The position numbers and the translations under genes were made by a program. From NCBI RefSeq assembly GCF_964188315.1, contig NC_135667.1, forward strand, positions 27,218,001 through 27,282,000: a DNA stretch of 64,000 nucleotides. Reading direction: 5' to 3'. Below are positions 22,594 through 33,904 of this stretch, in pieces. Numbering within the stretch: the stretch's first letter is position 1; the number at the start of each line of letters is the position of its first letter. The stretch comes from Podarcis muralis. Lineage: Eukaryota. Below the pieces are notes generated by a model. It was given only the letters and a program-made list of their open reading frames with translations, was not told the DNA's origin and did not search any database.

Positions 22594-24249
22594 GGTCTCA
22601 TTCTTTTTATATTCCATTCCACTTCTTGATTAATTATCATTGCAAATTGGCTTTGTAACATCTTAATGTTCTGATTAATTTTTCCATCTTTCGGATTTTT
22701 TATTAGCTTTTTTTCATTTTCCATAATCTGATTTAAAATCTCTTTTTTCCCTTTCTCTCTAAACTTTTTTTCTGATTATGTTTTGTTGTATAAAGAAACC
22801 TCGCATAACAGTTTTACTAGCGTCCCAAACAACATTCATTTGGGTTTCTTTATTACAATTATTTACAAAATACTCTGTTAGCATCCTCTGAGCCTCCTCA
22901 TTTATTTTTTCATCTTCTAACAAATTTTCATTTAATCTCCATCGAAAAGTCTTTTCCTCTAATTCTTTTAATTCACACTTAATTGCATTGTGATCTGAAA
23001 GTATCTTTGGTTGGATTTCTATTTTTGTAACTCTAGGTGTTAGTTCACTGGATATCCACACAGTCAATTCTTGAAGCCGGTTGATTTGGTTCTGAAAAAT
23101 ACGTAAACTGCTTATCTAATGGGTGTCTCAGTTTCCAAACATCTATCAAATTGCAATTCTCTATCATAAAGAAAAAAAGTCTTTGGTAACTTCCCTTCTT
23201 TTATTTTCTCTTTTTTGCTTGACCTATCCATTTCCAACGAGACCACTCCATTCATATCTCCCATGATTATAATTTTTTGATCCATAAATTCAAACAGTTT
23301 TTCTTCCAAATCTTTATAAAATTCCATTTTACTGCCATTTGGTGCATAAATTCTGACAATTATCATTTTTTCACCTTGCCAGTTGACTTGTACTGCGATG
23401 ATTCTGTCTTCATCTTTAAAGATCTGCTGAGCTTCTAATTTTTTACATACATCACCACTCCTCTCTTCTTACTTTTATCTGATGAGACAAACACATTTCT
23501 TAATTTTTTGTTGATTAATACACTACTGTGTTTCCTGGCTACATGAGTCTCTTGTAAACAAATAATGTCCAAATTCTTTTGTAACAAAAACTGTCCAATT
23601 CTATTCCTTTTAATTTTTTTATCATTTATGCCATTAACATTCCAAATCCATAATTTCAATGCCATTTTGGCCTTCTTTGGTAAGTAAAACTGTTAAAGTT
23701 CTTAAACCTGTCCTCCTCCTCCTCCTCCTCCTTCCTCTTCTTCTGATTTATTAATATCTACTCCCTCTGGCGTCACTGCTGCTGCCTCTTCTCCCTTTCC
23801 CAATTCTTTGTATCTTCTCAGAAATTTGTATGTCTCATCCACATTTTTTAATTTAAATTTCTTTTCTTTGTAATAAAATGAAACTCCTTCTGGAAATTCC
23901 CATTTAAATTCAATTCCATTTTTTCTCAAAATCTGAGTTAATGTCTTATATTGGTCGCGTTTTTTTAACAAGCGAAGTGGGACGTCTTTAAATATGATTG
24001 TGAATATTCCATCAATACATAATCTTTTTTATCTGTTTTTCTGCAAAATCAAATTTCTCATTTCTCTATCCTTAAATATAATCAAACAATCTCCTGGGAA
24101 TTTTTTTTGCCTTTGTTGTCTTCGTTTTAATCCTGAGTGCATTTTGTATTGTTTTTGCCACATCTTCTACCTCCATATTTAGCCAATGCCTGTATTCATT
24201 GAGAATTGTAAGGTATTAAGCAGGGATGAGGAACCCGAAACGTCTAGAT

Positions 24250-24562
24250 CCAGGGTAGGCAACCTAAGGCCCGTGGGCCGGGTGCGGCCCAATCTCCTTC
24301 TCAATCCGGCCCACGGGAATCAGTGTGTTTTTACATGAGTAGAATGTGTCCTTTTATTTAAAATGCATCTCTGGGTTATTTGTGGGGCCTGCCTATTATT
24401 TTTACATGAGTAGAATGTGTGCTTTTATTTAAAATACATTTCTGGGTTATTTGTGGGGCATAGGGATTTGTTCTTTTTTCTTCCAAAATATAGTCTGGCC
24501 CCCCACGTGGTCTGAGGGACGGTGGACCAGCCCACGGCTGGAAAAGGTTGCTGACCCCTGTT
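24250..24562. mobile_element. hAT-like (Charlie-type) MITE
   Basis: cagggtaggcaacc...ggcccgtgggccgg start and aaaggttgctgacccctg end; internal tandem duplication of catgagtagaatgtgt...tctgggttatttgtgggg. Confidence 0.65.
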
Positions 24563-24753
24563 CTAGATGTTATTGGATTACAACTCCCACCATCCCTGAC
24601 CACTGACCTTGCTGGCTGTGGCTGATGGGAACAGGAGTCCCACAACATCTGGAGGGTGACAAGTTCCATATCTTAGGTGTAAAACCATCCCTGTTCCAAA
24701 ACTTCCCATTTCAATCCTGATTTCATTCTCTTAGCTCAAGCATTGTGTGTGTG

Positions 24754-25698
24754 ATGGAGCAATACAATCAAACAATTGTCCTGGAGTTTGTGTTTCTGGG
24801 ATTTTCCAAAGATCAAGACACCAACCTTTACCTCTTTGCAGCGGTCCTTTTCATGTACCTCATCACCCTGACAGGTAACACACTCATCATCGTGGCCATC
24901 CACATAGACCCACGGCTCAGCACACCCATGTACTTCTTCCTGAGCTATCTGTCCTTCCTGGACATCTGCTACACAACAAGTGTGGTGCCTCAGTTGTTAA
25001 TCCATTTCCTGACCAGCTACAAGACCATCTCCTACAACAGGTGCATGGCTCAGCTCTATCTCTCATTCGCCTTCGGAAGCATTGAATTTATCCTCTTGGC
25101 AGCCATGGCTTATGACCGATATGTGGCTGTCTGTCATCCGTTGCATTACAAGGTCATCATGAGCAGGACAGTGTGTATGCAGTTGGTGCTAGCATCCTGG
25201 ACAGCCGGATTTCTCAATGCTCTCCTGCATACGGTGTTCACTGTGCGCCTTCACTTCTGCAGCTCCAACATCATCAATCACTTTGCCTGTGAAGTCCTGG
25301 CTGTTATCAAGATTGCTTGTTCAGACACTTCCATCAATGAGATTCTGTTTCTGGTGACAGGGTCCATTGTGCTGGTGATCCCCTGTATTGTGGTCACACT
25401 TTCCTACGTCTATATAATCCGTGCTATCCTACGTATCCAGTCTTCAGGAGGTCGTCAGAGAGCCTTCTCCACATGTACCTCTCACCTGACCGTAGTCGCC
25501 CTCTGCTATGGCACAGCAATCTTTGCTTACATGAGCCCCAGATCCAACACTTCGCCCAACCAGGACAAGATGCTGGCTTTCTTCTATGCAGTCGTTACTC
25601 CGATGCTCAACCCTATAATCTACAGCCTAAGGAACAAGGAAGTCAAAGGAGCCCTGGCTAAAGCAAGAGGGAAAAATATCGTTTCTGAAAGGCATTGA
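24754..25698 (+). CDS. Olfactory receptor, class II (gamma group), intact, 314 aa
   Basis: ATG at 24754 (MEQYNQT, sequon); LSTPMYFFLSYLS, MAYDRYVAVCHPLHY, RAFSTCTSHL, PMLNPIIYSLRN; acceptor ttcattctcttag ends at 24734. Confidence 0.97.
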   Translation: MEQYNQTIVLEFVFLGFSKDQDTNLYLFAAVLFMYLITLTGNTLIIVAIHIDPRLSTPMYFFLSYLSFLDICYTTSVVPQLLIHFLTSYKTISYNRCMAQLYLSFAFGSIEFILLAAMAYDRYVAVCHPLHYKVIMSRTVCMQLVLASWTAGFLNALLHTVFTVRLHFCSSNIINHFACEVLAVIKIACSDTSINEILFLVTGSIVLVIPCIVVTLSYVYIIRAILRIQSSGGRQRAFSTCTSHLTVVALCYGTAIFAYMSPRSNTSPNQDKMLAFFYAVVTPMLNPIIYSLRNKEVKGALAKARGKNIVSERH

Positions 25699-27589
25699 TC
25701 CATTTGTGAATTTGTATACGTCCAGTAAGGTGGCAGAGCAGATGGAGACATGCAATTTGCTTAATCACTTAATTATTCCACACAATGGACTTGCATAGAA
25801 ACTGAATCTAGGAGGAAACATTGTTTTGATACAAGATGAACATTTAACATTGCCAAAAAAGAAACAAAAGCATTGAGGAAGTAATGGGCATGAAAAGGAG
25901 AGTCACTGAAAGTGTTGAGTGATCTTCCCACCTCAAAACAATTCACCTGCAACCCCAAGAGGAGTGGTTTGGAGTTTGATTTTGCCCCATTTAGCAGATT
26001 ATCAGGTTAATCCAAATTTGCAGGGGAAACACATTGAGGTTGGTGCTGCTTGCGTGTAACATCTTATGGACTAGGTAAGCTAAAGGGGAATGTAAACAAT
26101 AAATATGCCCCAAGGTATCTTCTCTATATCTCCTCTTTGCCATCTCTCTCACAGGCTCTTGCTACCTATCCTAACTCCTTCATCGGACACCTCTTGATTC
26201 CATACTTTTAAGTCATCAACAAGGAATGTCACAAAGGAGGCATTCCATTGTTACCTTGACAATCTACCTACCTGGACAAGTCCTCTGCTGTGTTGCCAAA
26301 AGGTTTTCTAATTCCCCCTGCCCGCCCTCTCAAATGTGGCAATTTATATATATTAAAGTCAAGAAGACAGTCATGGAAAATCATGGTGAACAGATGTTGG
26401 CTTAAGGAGATGGTTGACTTTAAGATTTAAAAAAAAAAAAAATTCAGAGGAAGAGAGTCTGAAATGAGGTGGTGGAGCATCCCTACAGTAAGAAGCCACA
26501 AAGGGAAAGGGAGATAGGCTGGGAATAGAGATGGTACCCTTATGCTGAACTAGAAGCTTGATACCTATAGAATATTTTGGATATTAACAAATCCAAAATA
26601 ACTGTTGTGAATGGACTCAGTCCATTCACACATATTGTTAGCAGCAAAGCAGCTGCTTTTTCTCCCATGAGAGATGAGGTGTTGCTGAAGTAGGCATTTG
26701 AGAGTACTGAAACCACAAGCCAATATTGGAAGTGCAAAGGTGCATTGGAATCTCCCGTGTGTGCTAAAGAGCGGTGGAGCGAATATACCCATAAGCTACC
26801 CTCTTTTGCACTGGGGTGGGGAATATATGAGAGAAATACAGCAAATTGTCAGAGGCAAATCTCACAGAGTTGAATGGGACTTACTCCCAAGTAGGTGTGC
26901 TGCACCAACACTGACCAGGGCCACTTCTCAGTCATGTCACCCATCCTGACACCAAAATATAGCTTCTTTGTTTGCTGTATTGTTAGTTGAGGTGATGTTA
27001 TTTTGAGAAGAGAATCACAGCAGCTGCCATTTGTTTTTCACACAAAGCCGCTTTCTGAGGTGGTTTTTCGATTTTTGAGAAACTCAAAATGGCTGCCTCC
27101 TTTGACACTCACCGGGGACCACCGTTGTGGTGGGCTGCAAATGAATATGTACAGAAAACCACACACCTTTACTGATTGGGCCAACTGTGCCTCTAAGCAC
27201 TGTCCTTTTCTCCGAGAGATGCAATGTTAAATATCCCTCCAAAGAAAAGACAGATTGAATCAGACATGTGAAAAATATAAAATCACAGTGTTCTGTTCCA
27301 CATAACCCTATTTTTAAACTTGAAGTATAAAAACAACAAGAACATTTTACACATTTGGATTTCTTCTCGTTTCATAGTAGAATGTCTTGCAAACCCCCTC
27401 AATGTTTTTTTTATTTCACAGCAGATAAAGAGGTTTAAAAGGCAACCCATGCCATTCTTTGGGGTGGAGGAATGAACAATGTAAGCATATTCATTTCTCA
27501 TCAGAAACTTAGGAGACCCACCAAGCTCAATAGGACTTAATCTCAAGTAAACACGCCAAAGAAACAAATGTGTGTGAGGGGCCATTTCT

Positions 27590-28075
27590 TTTCTTTTCTT
27601 TTTTTGATAATTTTTTTTATTGCAAAGTAAATACATTAATACCAAGCCACACATAAAGAATACTATAAAGAGAAAGAAAAAAATGAAGAAAAGGGAGGAA
27701 GCAAAAAAGACAGTAAAAAGAATAAAGAAAAGTATAATATTTCAATACAATAAACACTATTTTACAAAATAATAATAGCAATAGACTTCCATCACCCTCA
27801 CAACACTTAATTTCACATTTCATATTTTATCTGTATTTCAGTATTATTTTCATCTTAATATATAGATATGTATATATGTATGTTTCCCTTTTTCCATTCA
27901 CGAGGTCATTCTAGACACAGCCTAATTTTTACATTAGAACCTTGTCTTTCTAAATAATCATTCAAACACTTCCATTCCTTCTTGACTGTATTCATTGGCT
28001 TTAGTCTTATTACATCCATCAATTTGAACAGCTCCAAATATTCACATAATTTACATAGCCATTCCTCTTTGGTCG
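27590..28075 (-). mobile_element. L1-clade LINE 3' fragment
   Basis: PTKEEWLCKLCEYLELFKL...KKEWKCLNDYL...RLCLE* closely resembles the C-terminus of the 18988-21945 element; poly-T at ~27590-27620. Confidence 0.8.
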
Positions 28076-28181
28076 GTACCAGGAACCAGCTGAGGTGCCA
28101 TTTCACCAACTAATCTCTCCTTAAATTACCGGCTCAATTTCATAATTGGTTGGTGGATTCACTGTTTCTTGCCACATCTAA

Positions 28182-28375
28182 GGCTGTGTACACATTACTA
28201 GGTTGTCCTGATTCCTCAATTTGAATCCAGGCAGGTTTGGCGGGAAACGCATCAAATTGTGATTATTTCCTAAGAAACCACATATGGATTGTAACTAATG
28301 TTGTGTACACACTGCTCCCAAGCCAGTGATGAAAGCACACTGGTTGCGGAGCAAACAGGAACCGTGTACACAGCC
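28182..28375. mobile_element. Short MITE with GGCTGTGTACAC TIRs (PIF/Harbinger-like)
   Basis: 12-bp perfect terminal inverted repeats; TSD not clean. Confidence 0.45.
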
Positions 28376-28417
28376 CTAGTGCAGGATTGCAGCCTAAGTC
28401 ATCTTCAAAATGTGCCC

Positions 28418-28926
28418 TTATGAGATTTTCAGGGGGATCTCAGTATCCCAGACCTGGAAAAAGGGAAACATCCTCTCAGAGAAAGGATAGTTGAAAGTAT
28501 AGATAAGTTCCATGGAGTCGGCGTCATAAAAGGAGAGGATTTCAAAATCGTACTCCAGGAGTATCTTGATCCGTCGCGGGGATTTCCACAGTGAAAGGAC
28601 AGTGGAAGGAGAGGTAGAGGCCATGTATTCTCCCTCAATCAGCTGCAGTGCCCAAAACCCCTCAGTAACTCTGATGCATTGGTACCATTTTCTCCCTATG
28701 GATTCCCGGACTGCCCCGATGGCCCATGCTTTGGCCTTGCCCACCTCTACCACCCATTCCATAGTCCCAGAGGTGATGCCTTCTGCTCCGAGGACACATG
28801 GCGAAAAATTGAAGCGCTCAGGGTTGTCAGGAAGAACCTGGGCCTGGCTGCCCAGGTACACACTTTTCCGGTCTTCAGAAAGGATGAGGGTAGGGAAGGC
28901 TGTCTTGGGATCCAGTATGACTTCCA
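28418..28926 (-). CDS. Terminal exon encoding a complete PRY/SPRY (B30.2) domain
   Basis: EVILDPKTAFPTLILSEDRKSV, PDNPERF...PCVLG, WVVEVG, WAIGAVRES, GFWALQL, LSFYDA, FPFF; acceptor tctctgtttttag at 28927; phase 1; stop at 28418-28420. Confidence 0.93.
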
Positions 28927-29526
28927 CTAAAAACAGAGACGGAGAATAGTTTGCAAACAACCTTACCAGCTGAAGAAATGACTTTCTACTCTAGGGGTTG
29001 AGAACCTTTGGCCCTCCAGATGTTGCTGAACTACAACTACCATCATCCCTGGTCATTGGCCGTGCTTCCTGAGGCTGATGGGAGTTGTAGTTCAGCAATT
29101 CCCAGAGGACCAACTGTTCCCTATACCTGTTCTACTGCTTTAGTGGTAACAGTTTCCAGAGCACAGACATCTCAAGGTGAAGAACAACGTTTTAGGAACA
29201 GTGAATGTTATTTAACGGTACCTTTGCTAACCAGAAAAAAACATGTACCATTTTCCTTCCTAGGATAAGTTCTAAAAACTAAACAAAAAACAACTTTGTA
29301 GATTTGGGCATAATTTCAGGTTGAACCCAGGAAAGCCTTCCTTGAAATATTACAGGTATATTTTTATGATAATTACAAACTCATATTCATAACTATATCA
29401 TTGCTGTTAAGAAGAAGAAAAAGGCCCTGATAATTATAATATGGTAAGTGTAACTTAAAATTGCACATTATTTTCAAAATTACCATTCCAGAAGGCGTCT
29501 TCTTCTATTTGTCCCCGTAAACTAAC

Positions 29527-29637
29527 CTTTCTTTTGAGTCCCACAAAACTTGTCAGTGATACTGGACAGCAACCTTTCTTCCCGTTTTCTTTTTTCTTCC
29601 CTCGTCGAGGCCGCTGCTTTTGTAGGCTGCAGGAAAA
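29527..29637 (-). CDS. Candidate linker exon of the PYD-B30.2 gene (100 or 111 nt depending on acceptor)
   Basis: Donor AAAG/GTTAGT at 29526; acceptors at 29626 (ttttcctgcag) and 29637 (aaacaacag); open frame PTKAAASTREEKRKREERLLSSITDKFCGTQKK joins in phase 1 to VEVILDP. Confidence 0.6.
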
Positions 29638-30099
29638 CTGTTGTTTTTAAAAAAAGGATGCTCTTGTTAAAAATAAGTAAATAAAAGAAAGAAGATTTCC
29701 CATCCCCTTTTTGCTCCCCTTACACTGCATGTACAAGAACAGTGTCCGTTTGCGGAAGTCCCATCAATAAACTGATGCAAATAGGATCAGGGTCTGCATA
29801 GTATTGCAGTAGTTAGGGCTCCTCCAGACTTTGCATCATTGATATAGGGCTCATGGAATAGAAATGTGCAGTATAAAGTCTGAGGCTGTTCTGTGGGCAG
29901 AATTCCACCCATCATTGGAGGGCTGCAGTCACATAGAAATATCACAATAAGAAACTGCTGGAGACCCAATGTCACAGCTGGCATAGTCTTGGATCTGCCA
30001 GGGCCCCCAGCCCCCAGAAGCACATAACAAATATGGTGGTATGTAGCTGCCCATTGGCTAAGCCTCCATATGTGTTTGGACTTTTTCACAAGGCTAGTA

Positions 30100-30298
30100 C
30101 AGTGGTACCTTGGGTTAAGAACTTAATTTGTTCTGGAGGTCCGTTCTTAACCTGAAACTGTTCTTAACCTGAGGTACCACTTTATCTAATGGGGCCTCCT
30201 GCTGCCACCGCGCGATTTCTGTTCTCATCCTGAAGGAAAGTTCTTAACCCGAGGTACTATTTCTGGGTTAGTGGCGTCGGTAACCCGAGGTACCACTG
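30100..30298. mobile_element. Tigger/pogo-like MITE
   Basis: TA-CAGTGGTACCT...AGGTACCACTG-TA. Confidence 0.88.
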
Positions 30299-30628
30299 TA
30301 CAGCTTCCTGCAACTGTGAGGCTCCATCATACAATATGGAGCAGGGAACAGCATGTGGCCGCTTTTTTAAAGGGCCAGGCAGCCACTGCTACTCACTAAG
30401 CCCTCGTCAGCTGCACTGAGGTAGTGGCAGTCCCAGTGATGTCGCCATGGGCAAGGAAGGGAGAATCTCTGCTGCCAGGGAGGCAAGGGAATAAAGCATG
30501 AGTTTGAGGTATCAGGGACAGTAGTGAGCTCACCAGGCGTGGAGGACAAGGGCTCCACTGCAAGTATGAGGCCCTTCAAGGACTGTTGCAGGCCCTATAC
30601 TGCTGCATTGGAGAGACAGGTTTTCATC

Positions 30629-30745
30629 TTAGAATCACAGATTCATAGAGTTGGGAGGGACCCGCAGGGTCATCTTGTCCAACCCCCCTACAATGCAGGA
30701 ATCTCAGCTAAAGAATCCATGAGAGATGGCCATCCATTGTTGCCC
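30629..30745 (-). mobile_element. CR1 3' end fragment
   Basis: agaatcacagattcatagagttgggagggacc...gtcatcttgtccaaccccct is the reverse of the CR1 tail. Confidence 0.7.
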
Positions 30746-31010
30746 ACCCAGGCACACAGCAGACGAGCGAAGACCGTTTGGTGCTCACAACCACACCATA
30801 CATTTAAAGCACACGGATTCCGCCCAAAGAATTATGGGAGCCATAGTTCGTACCTCTGTGATGGTTGAACTGCAGTTCCCAGGATTCCATGGGCAAACTC
30901 TATGGGCATTTCTCAAGCATGTTTGATACATGGATGAAGCGCAGGATTCATAGCAAATTGGACAAGAGACGTACGAAGCCTGGAATGGTGGGGCTCCTTT
31001 GTTTACTTAC

Positions 31011-31287
31011 ACGCTGGCATCTCTTGTTTGACTTTTGCCGACAGATCCTTTCTATTTATTCGGTCGAGGATGTTGACTGTCATCTGCAATGCTTTTGCCT
31101 CCTCGTAGGCCCTGACCATGAGCCGTGCTATTTCAGTGAGGTCAGCCTTCTCGATCTTACAGTGCCGGATCGGCTTGTAGCCTTGCTCCAGTGGGTAGTC
31201 TTCGAGGTGCATCTTAAATCTCTTGAATTCCTCCTCTGTGAGCTCGTCCAAGTAGTCCACCAATTTGCAGCAGACACTGTTGGACAT
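31011..31287 (-). CDS. Pyrin domain (PYD) exon, NLRP3/NLRP12-type
   Basis: CKLVDYLDEL...FKRFKMHLEDYP...EKADLTEIARLM...KALQM..IL.RINRKDL parallels human NLRP3 CKLARYLEDL...KKFKMHLEDYP...EKADHVDLATLM...INRRDL; Kozak gccaagATG; GTAAGT donor at 31010 (phase 1); upstream acceptor ttctttctcctag near 31337. Confidence 0.93.
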
Positions 31288-31682
31288 CTTGGCCCCTCCC
31301 AGTCAAAGGTTTACGGAAGGAGGAAAAATGGTCTCTAGGAGAAAGAAGGGGAGTCAATTCTCTTCTGATTGGATTGAAGAAGCAAAGATGGGGCTGACCA
31401 GTTTCTGCAAAGTGTCATGAGCTGTGAGCTGAAGGATGCACAATAATTTTACAGAACGATTTCAGTTTCATAAAAGGAGACTCCTCAACCCATTTATTAT
31501 TATTATTATTATTAAGCAACTTAATGACAAAATGCAAACGGGAAATCAAAAGCCATTGAAAAGAATGAAACAACAAACAATACCACATTCCTAAAATGCT
31601 CATCCAAAAATATAGTAAGAGGGACAAGTTTCTGGAAAAAAGCATAATGTCAAGGGGAACCAGTGGTTGCAAATATCAGTTA

Positions 31683-32036
31683 AAAAAAGGTAAAGGGACC
31701 CCTGACCATTAGGTCCGGTCGTGACTGACTCTGGGGTTGCGGCACTCATCTCGCTTTATTGGCCGAGGGAGGCGGCGTACAGCTTCTGGGTCATGTGGCC
31801 AGCATTACTAAGCTGCTTCTGGCGAACCAGAGCAGCGCACGGAAACGCCGTTTACCTTCCCGCCGGAGCGGTACCTATTTATCTACTTGCACTTTGACGT
31901 GCTTTCGAACTGCTAGGTTGGCAGGAGCAGGGACCGAGCAACGGGAGCTCACTCCATCGCGGGGATTCGAACCGCCGACCTTCTGATCGGCAAGCCCTAG
32001 GCTCTGTGGTTTAACCCACAGCGCCACCCGTGTCCC
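31683..32036 (-). mobile_element. Full-length Sauria SINE
   Basis: GGGACACGGGTGGCGCTGTGGGTTAAACC head to (ACCTTT)n tail; 12-bp TSD AAATATCAGTTA at 31671-31682 and 32037-32048. Confidence 0.95.
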
Positions 32037-32724
32037 AAATATCAGTTACCTCCCTCTAAATAAAGGTGAGCCCAACCTCACGCCAAAATGAATACTAAAT
32101 AGGTAGGAGTCACATAATAAAAATAGATTGGCCCCATTCTGCTCAGTTTTCCTTTTGCTACAAAACAAATATGCTCCATCTCCACACAGCTCTGTTGAAG
32201 TGATGTCCTGCCTTTTCATGCTCTGTGAGTATCAAATATACCACAGAGTACTCCATTATGTGTGCATATTGGGTACATTCAGGTCAAGTTCCAAAGTCTG
32301 TTTGACAAAAACTTAGAGGGGAAGCTGTGATAATTACAGCAAAAGCAAGAAAAGAACTTTGCAGCAACTATGTCTGTCCGTATTCAGGAGTAAATTATAT
32401 TGAATTCAATGGGGTTTTTTCTCCCAGGTAAGCGCAACAAATTTATTTTCTAGTGCAGAAGTTGTGTTGTGGGTGCCTATCCCACTTCCACCTGACACAG
32501 GTATATATATTGCATATTATAAACAGTATGTCACCCTGCTTCCATAGCCCTGGCTCAGGTTTGTTAATTATTCTGTAAACCCAGCCAAACCTGTTTGATC
32601 AGCGACGACGGGAGGACAAAAGAGACATGTATGTACAGAACAAGAAGCAAGGCGCCTTTCAAGTCAACAGCCCAGGCTCAACATTTAATTTGAGGGAGGG
32701 TTCAGAGTTTGGGGGAAAACTCAC

Positions 32725-32790
32725 CGTTCCTTCCTTGCTGCGGTTGTCCTCTTTGGCATAGCACAGCAAATGAAAGTGAAAGTTCCGGGG
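32725..32790 (-). promoter_or_regulatory. Putative non-coding first exon of the PYD gene and adjacent IRF element
   Basis: Strong donor ACG/GTGAGT at 32724; GAAAGTGAAAGT at 32772-32783 matches the IRF-E consensus. Confidence 0.5.
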
Positions 32791-33904
32791 AAGGTAAAAC
32801 TCAATTCTGCCTCCCTCCCAAAGCTGAAAGTGTCGTCATAGCTTGCTTGTGCCGCGCAGACTTTGAACACTGTTGCTTCCTTCAAAGTTTACAGCTAAAA
32901 AAAGGTTAGAAACCTTTCTCAAAAAACGAGCTGCTCTGGCTCTATAGGAAAACAAGCATACATTAGATAGCCAGCTGCTTAAGAGGAAATAATCCTTGAG
33001 TAACTTTAACAGGAGCTCCATCTGCAGAGATCAATAAGGGAAGCTTTTCATGTCCTGGGGGTTCGTCAGCTGTTAAAGTAATAGGAGCAGGGGTCTTATA
33101 CATTTTTTGAAATCTAAACCACACACATACACATATGCACATTCATTTTCTTGATGTTCTTCTCCTTTGCTGATTTTCAGTTTGGTAAGACTGTGATCCA
33201 CTCTGCCAAAGAAGTGAAACAGGAAAGTATCTGAATACTGGGAGCCGGGGCTGTTATTTTCTTAGCGCCCTGGTAAAGAGTGTTAGAAATTTAATTAACT
33301 TATGAATAGAGCAGGGATCCTGGCAAAAGCTTTAGGGGTCCGTACCTGTTTCTTTGGTGCATCCCCCCCCCCCCTTTGGTCTGTCATTTTCCGCCACTCT
33401 TCTCAATAGCTTGGGATTTGAAGGATAAAGCTATCCAATTGTTGCATGCTGGGAATCCCAGTTCTCCTCCATTAAAGAAATCCCACCCTCGTCCTTCTCG
33501 TTACAGGCTCCTTTCCTGTGCTTGTGCTGCCCTCGTGTGGTCCCATTACTCTTCACTGTAGGTATTGAGTCTTTTTCAGTATAGGAGCACAAGGGGATGG
33601 GGAGGCGTGGATGGGGTAGCCTTTTCCTCTCATTCCATGGTCTCAACAAAAATGCCAACTGCCTTTAGGAAAGGGAGGGAAGCTCCCATCCCAATGCAAT
33701 AGCTTTGGTGGGGGGGGAAAGGTGATTTTCAACAGGGCTATAGTATTGGGGGTGGAACAAGTTAAATCCCACTTCCCAGTGCACCACAGGCTCAACTAGA
33801 CCATCCAGCAGCCAGGTTTTTTTTTAAAATGGGGGGAGTGGAGATTTATATTTCTTCATGTGACATCTTGTCATGTGTAGCATGGCCCATAAGTCTACAC
33901 ACTA

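Larger units (their letters stand above)
17440..24225 (-). mobile_element. Host L1-clade LINE (ORF1 C-terminus, endonuclease, RT, 3' end), degraded and interrupted
   Basis: ORF1 end at 23702; ORF2 start MALKLWIWNVNG (23665) with ICLQETH and LSDHNAI endonuclease motifs; RT fragments QGCPLSPLLF and FADDLVL at 18320-18793; C-terminal CWKC...HMWWEC; poly-T at ~17440-17470. Confidence 0.9.

Noticed and set aside
22263-22724. 153-aa ORF with a charged low-complexity segment
   Set aside because: Chimera of L1 ORF2 read into the solo LTR.
28566-28949. Plus-strand 127-aa ORF (and similar antisense ORFs over the ORs, THAP7, V2R and Copia)
   Set aside because: Antisense shadows of real coding exons.
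28927-28990. GTAAGG donor 40 nt upstream of the B30.2 acceptor
   Set aside because: A 40-nt intron is too short for vertebrate splicing, and no good acceptor precedes it.
30530-30610. Possible exon between PYD and the linker (tctctccaatgcag ... GTGAGC)
   Set aside because: In the phase required after the PYD exon it hits an immediate stop.
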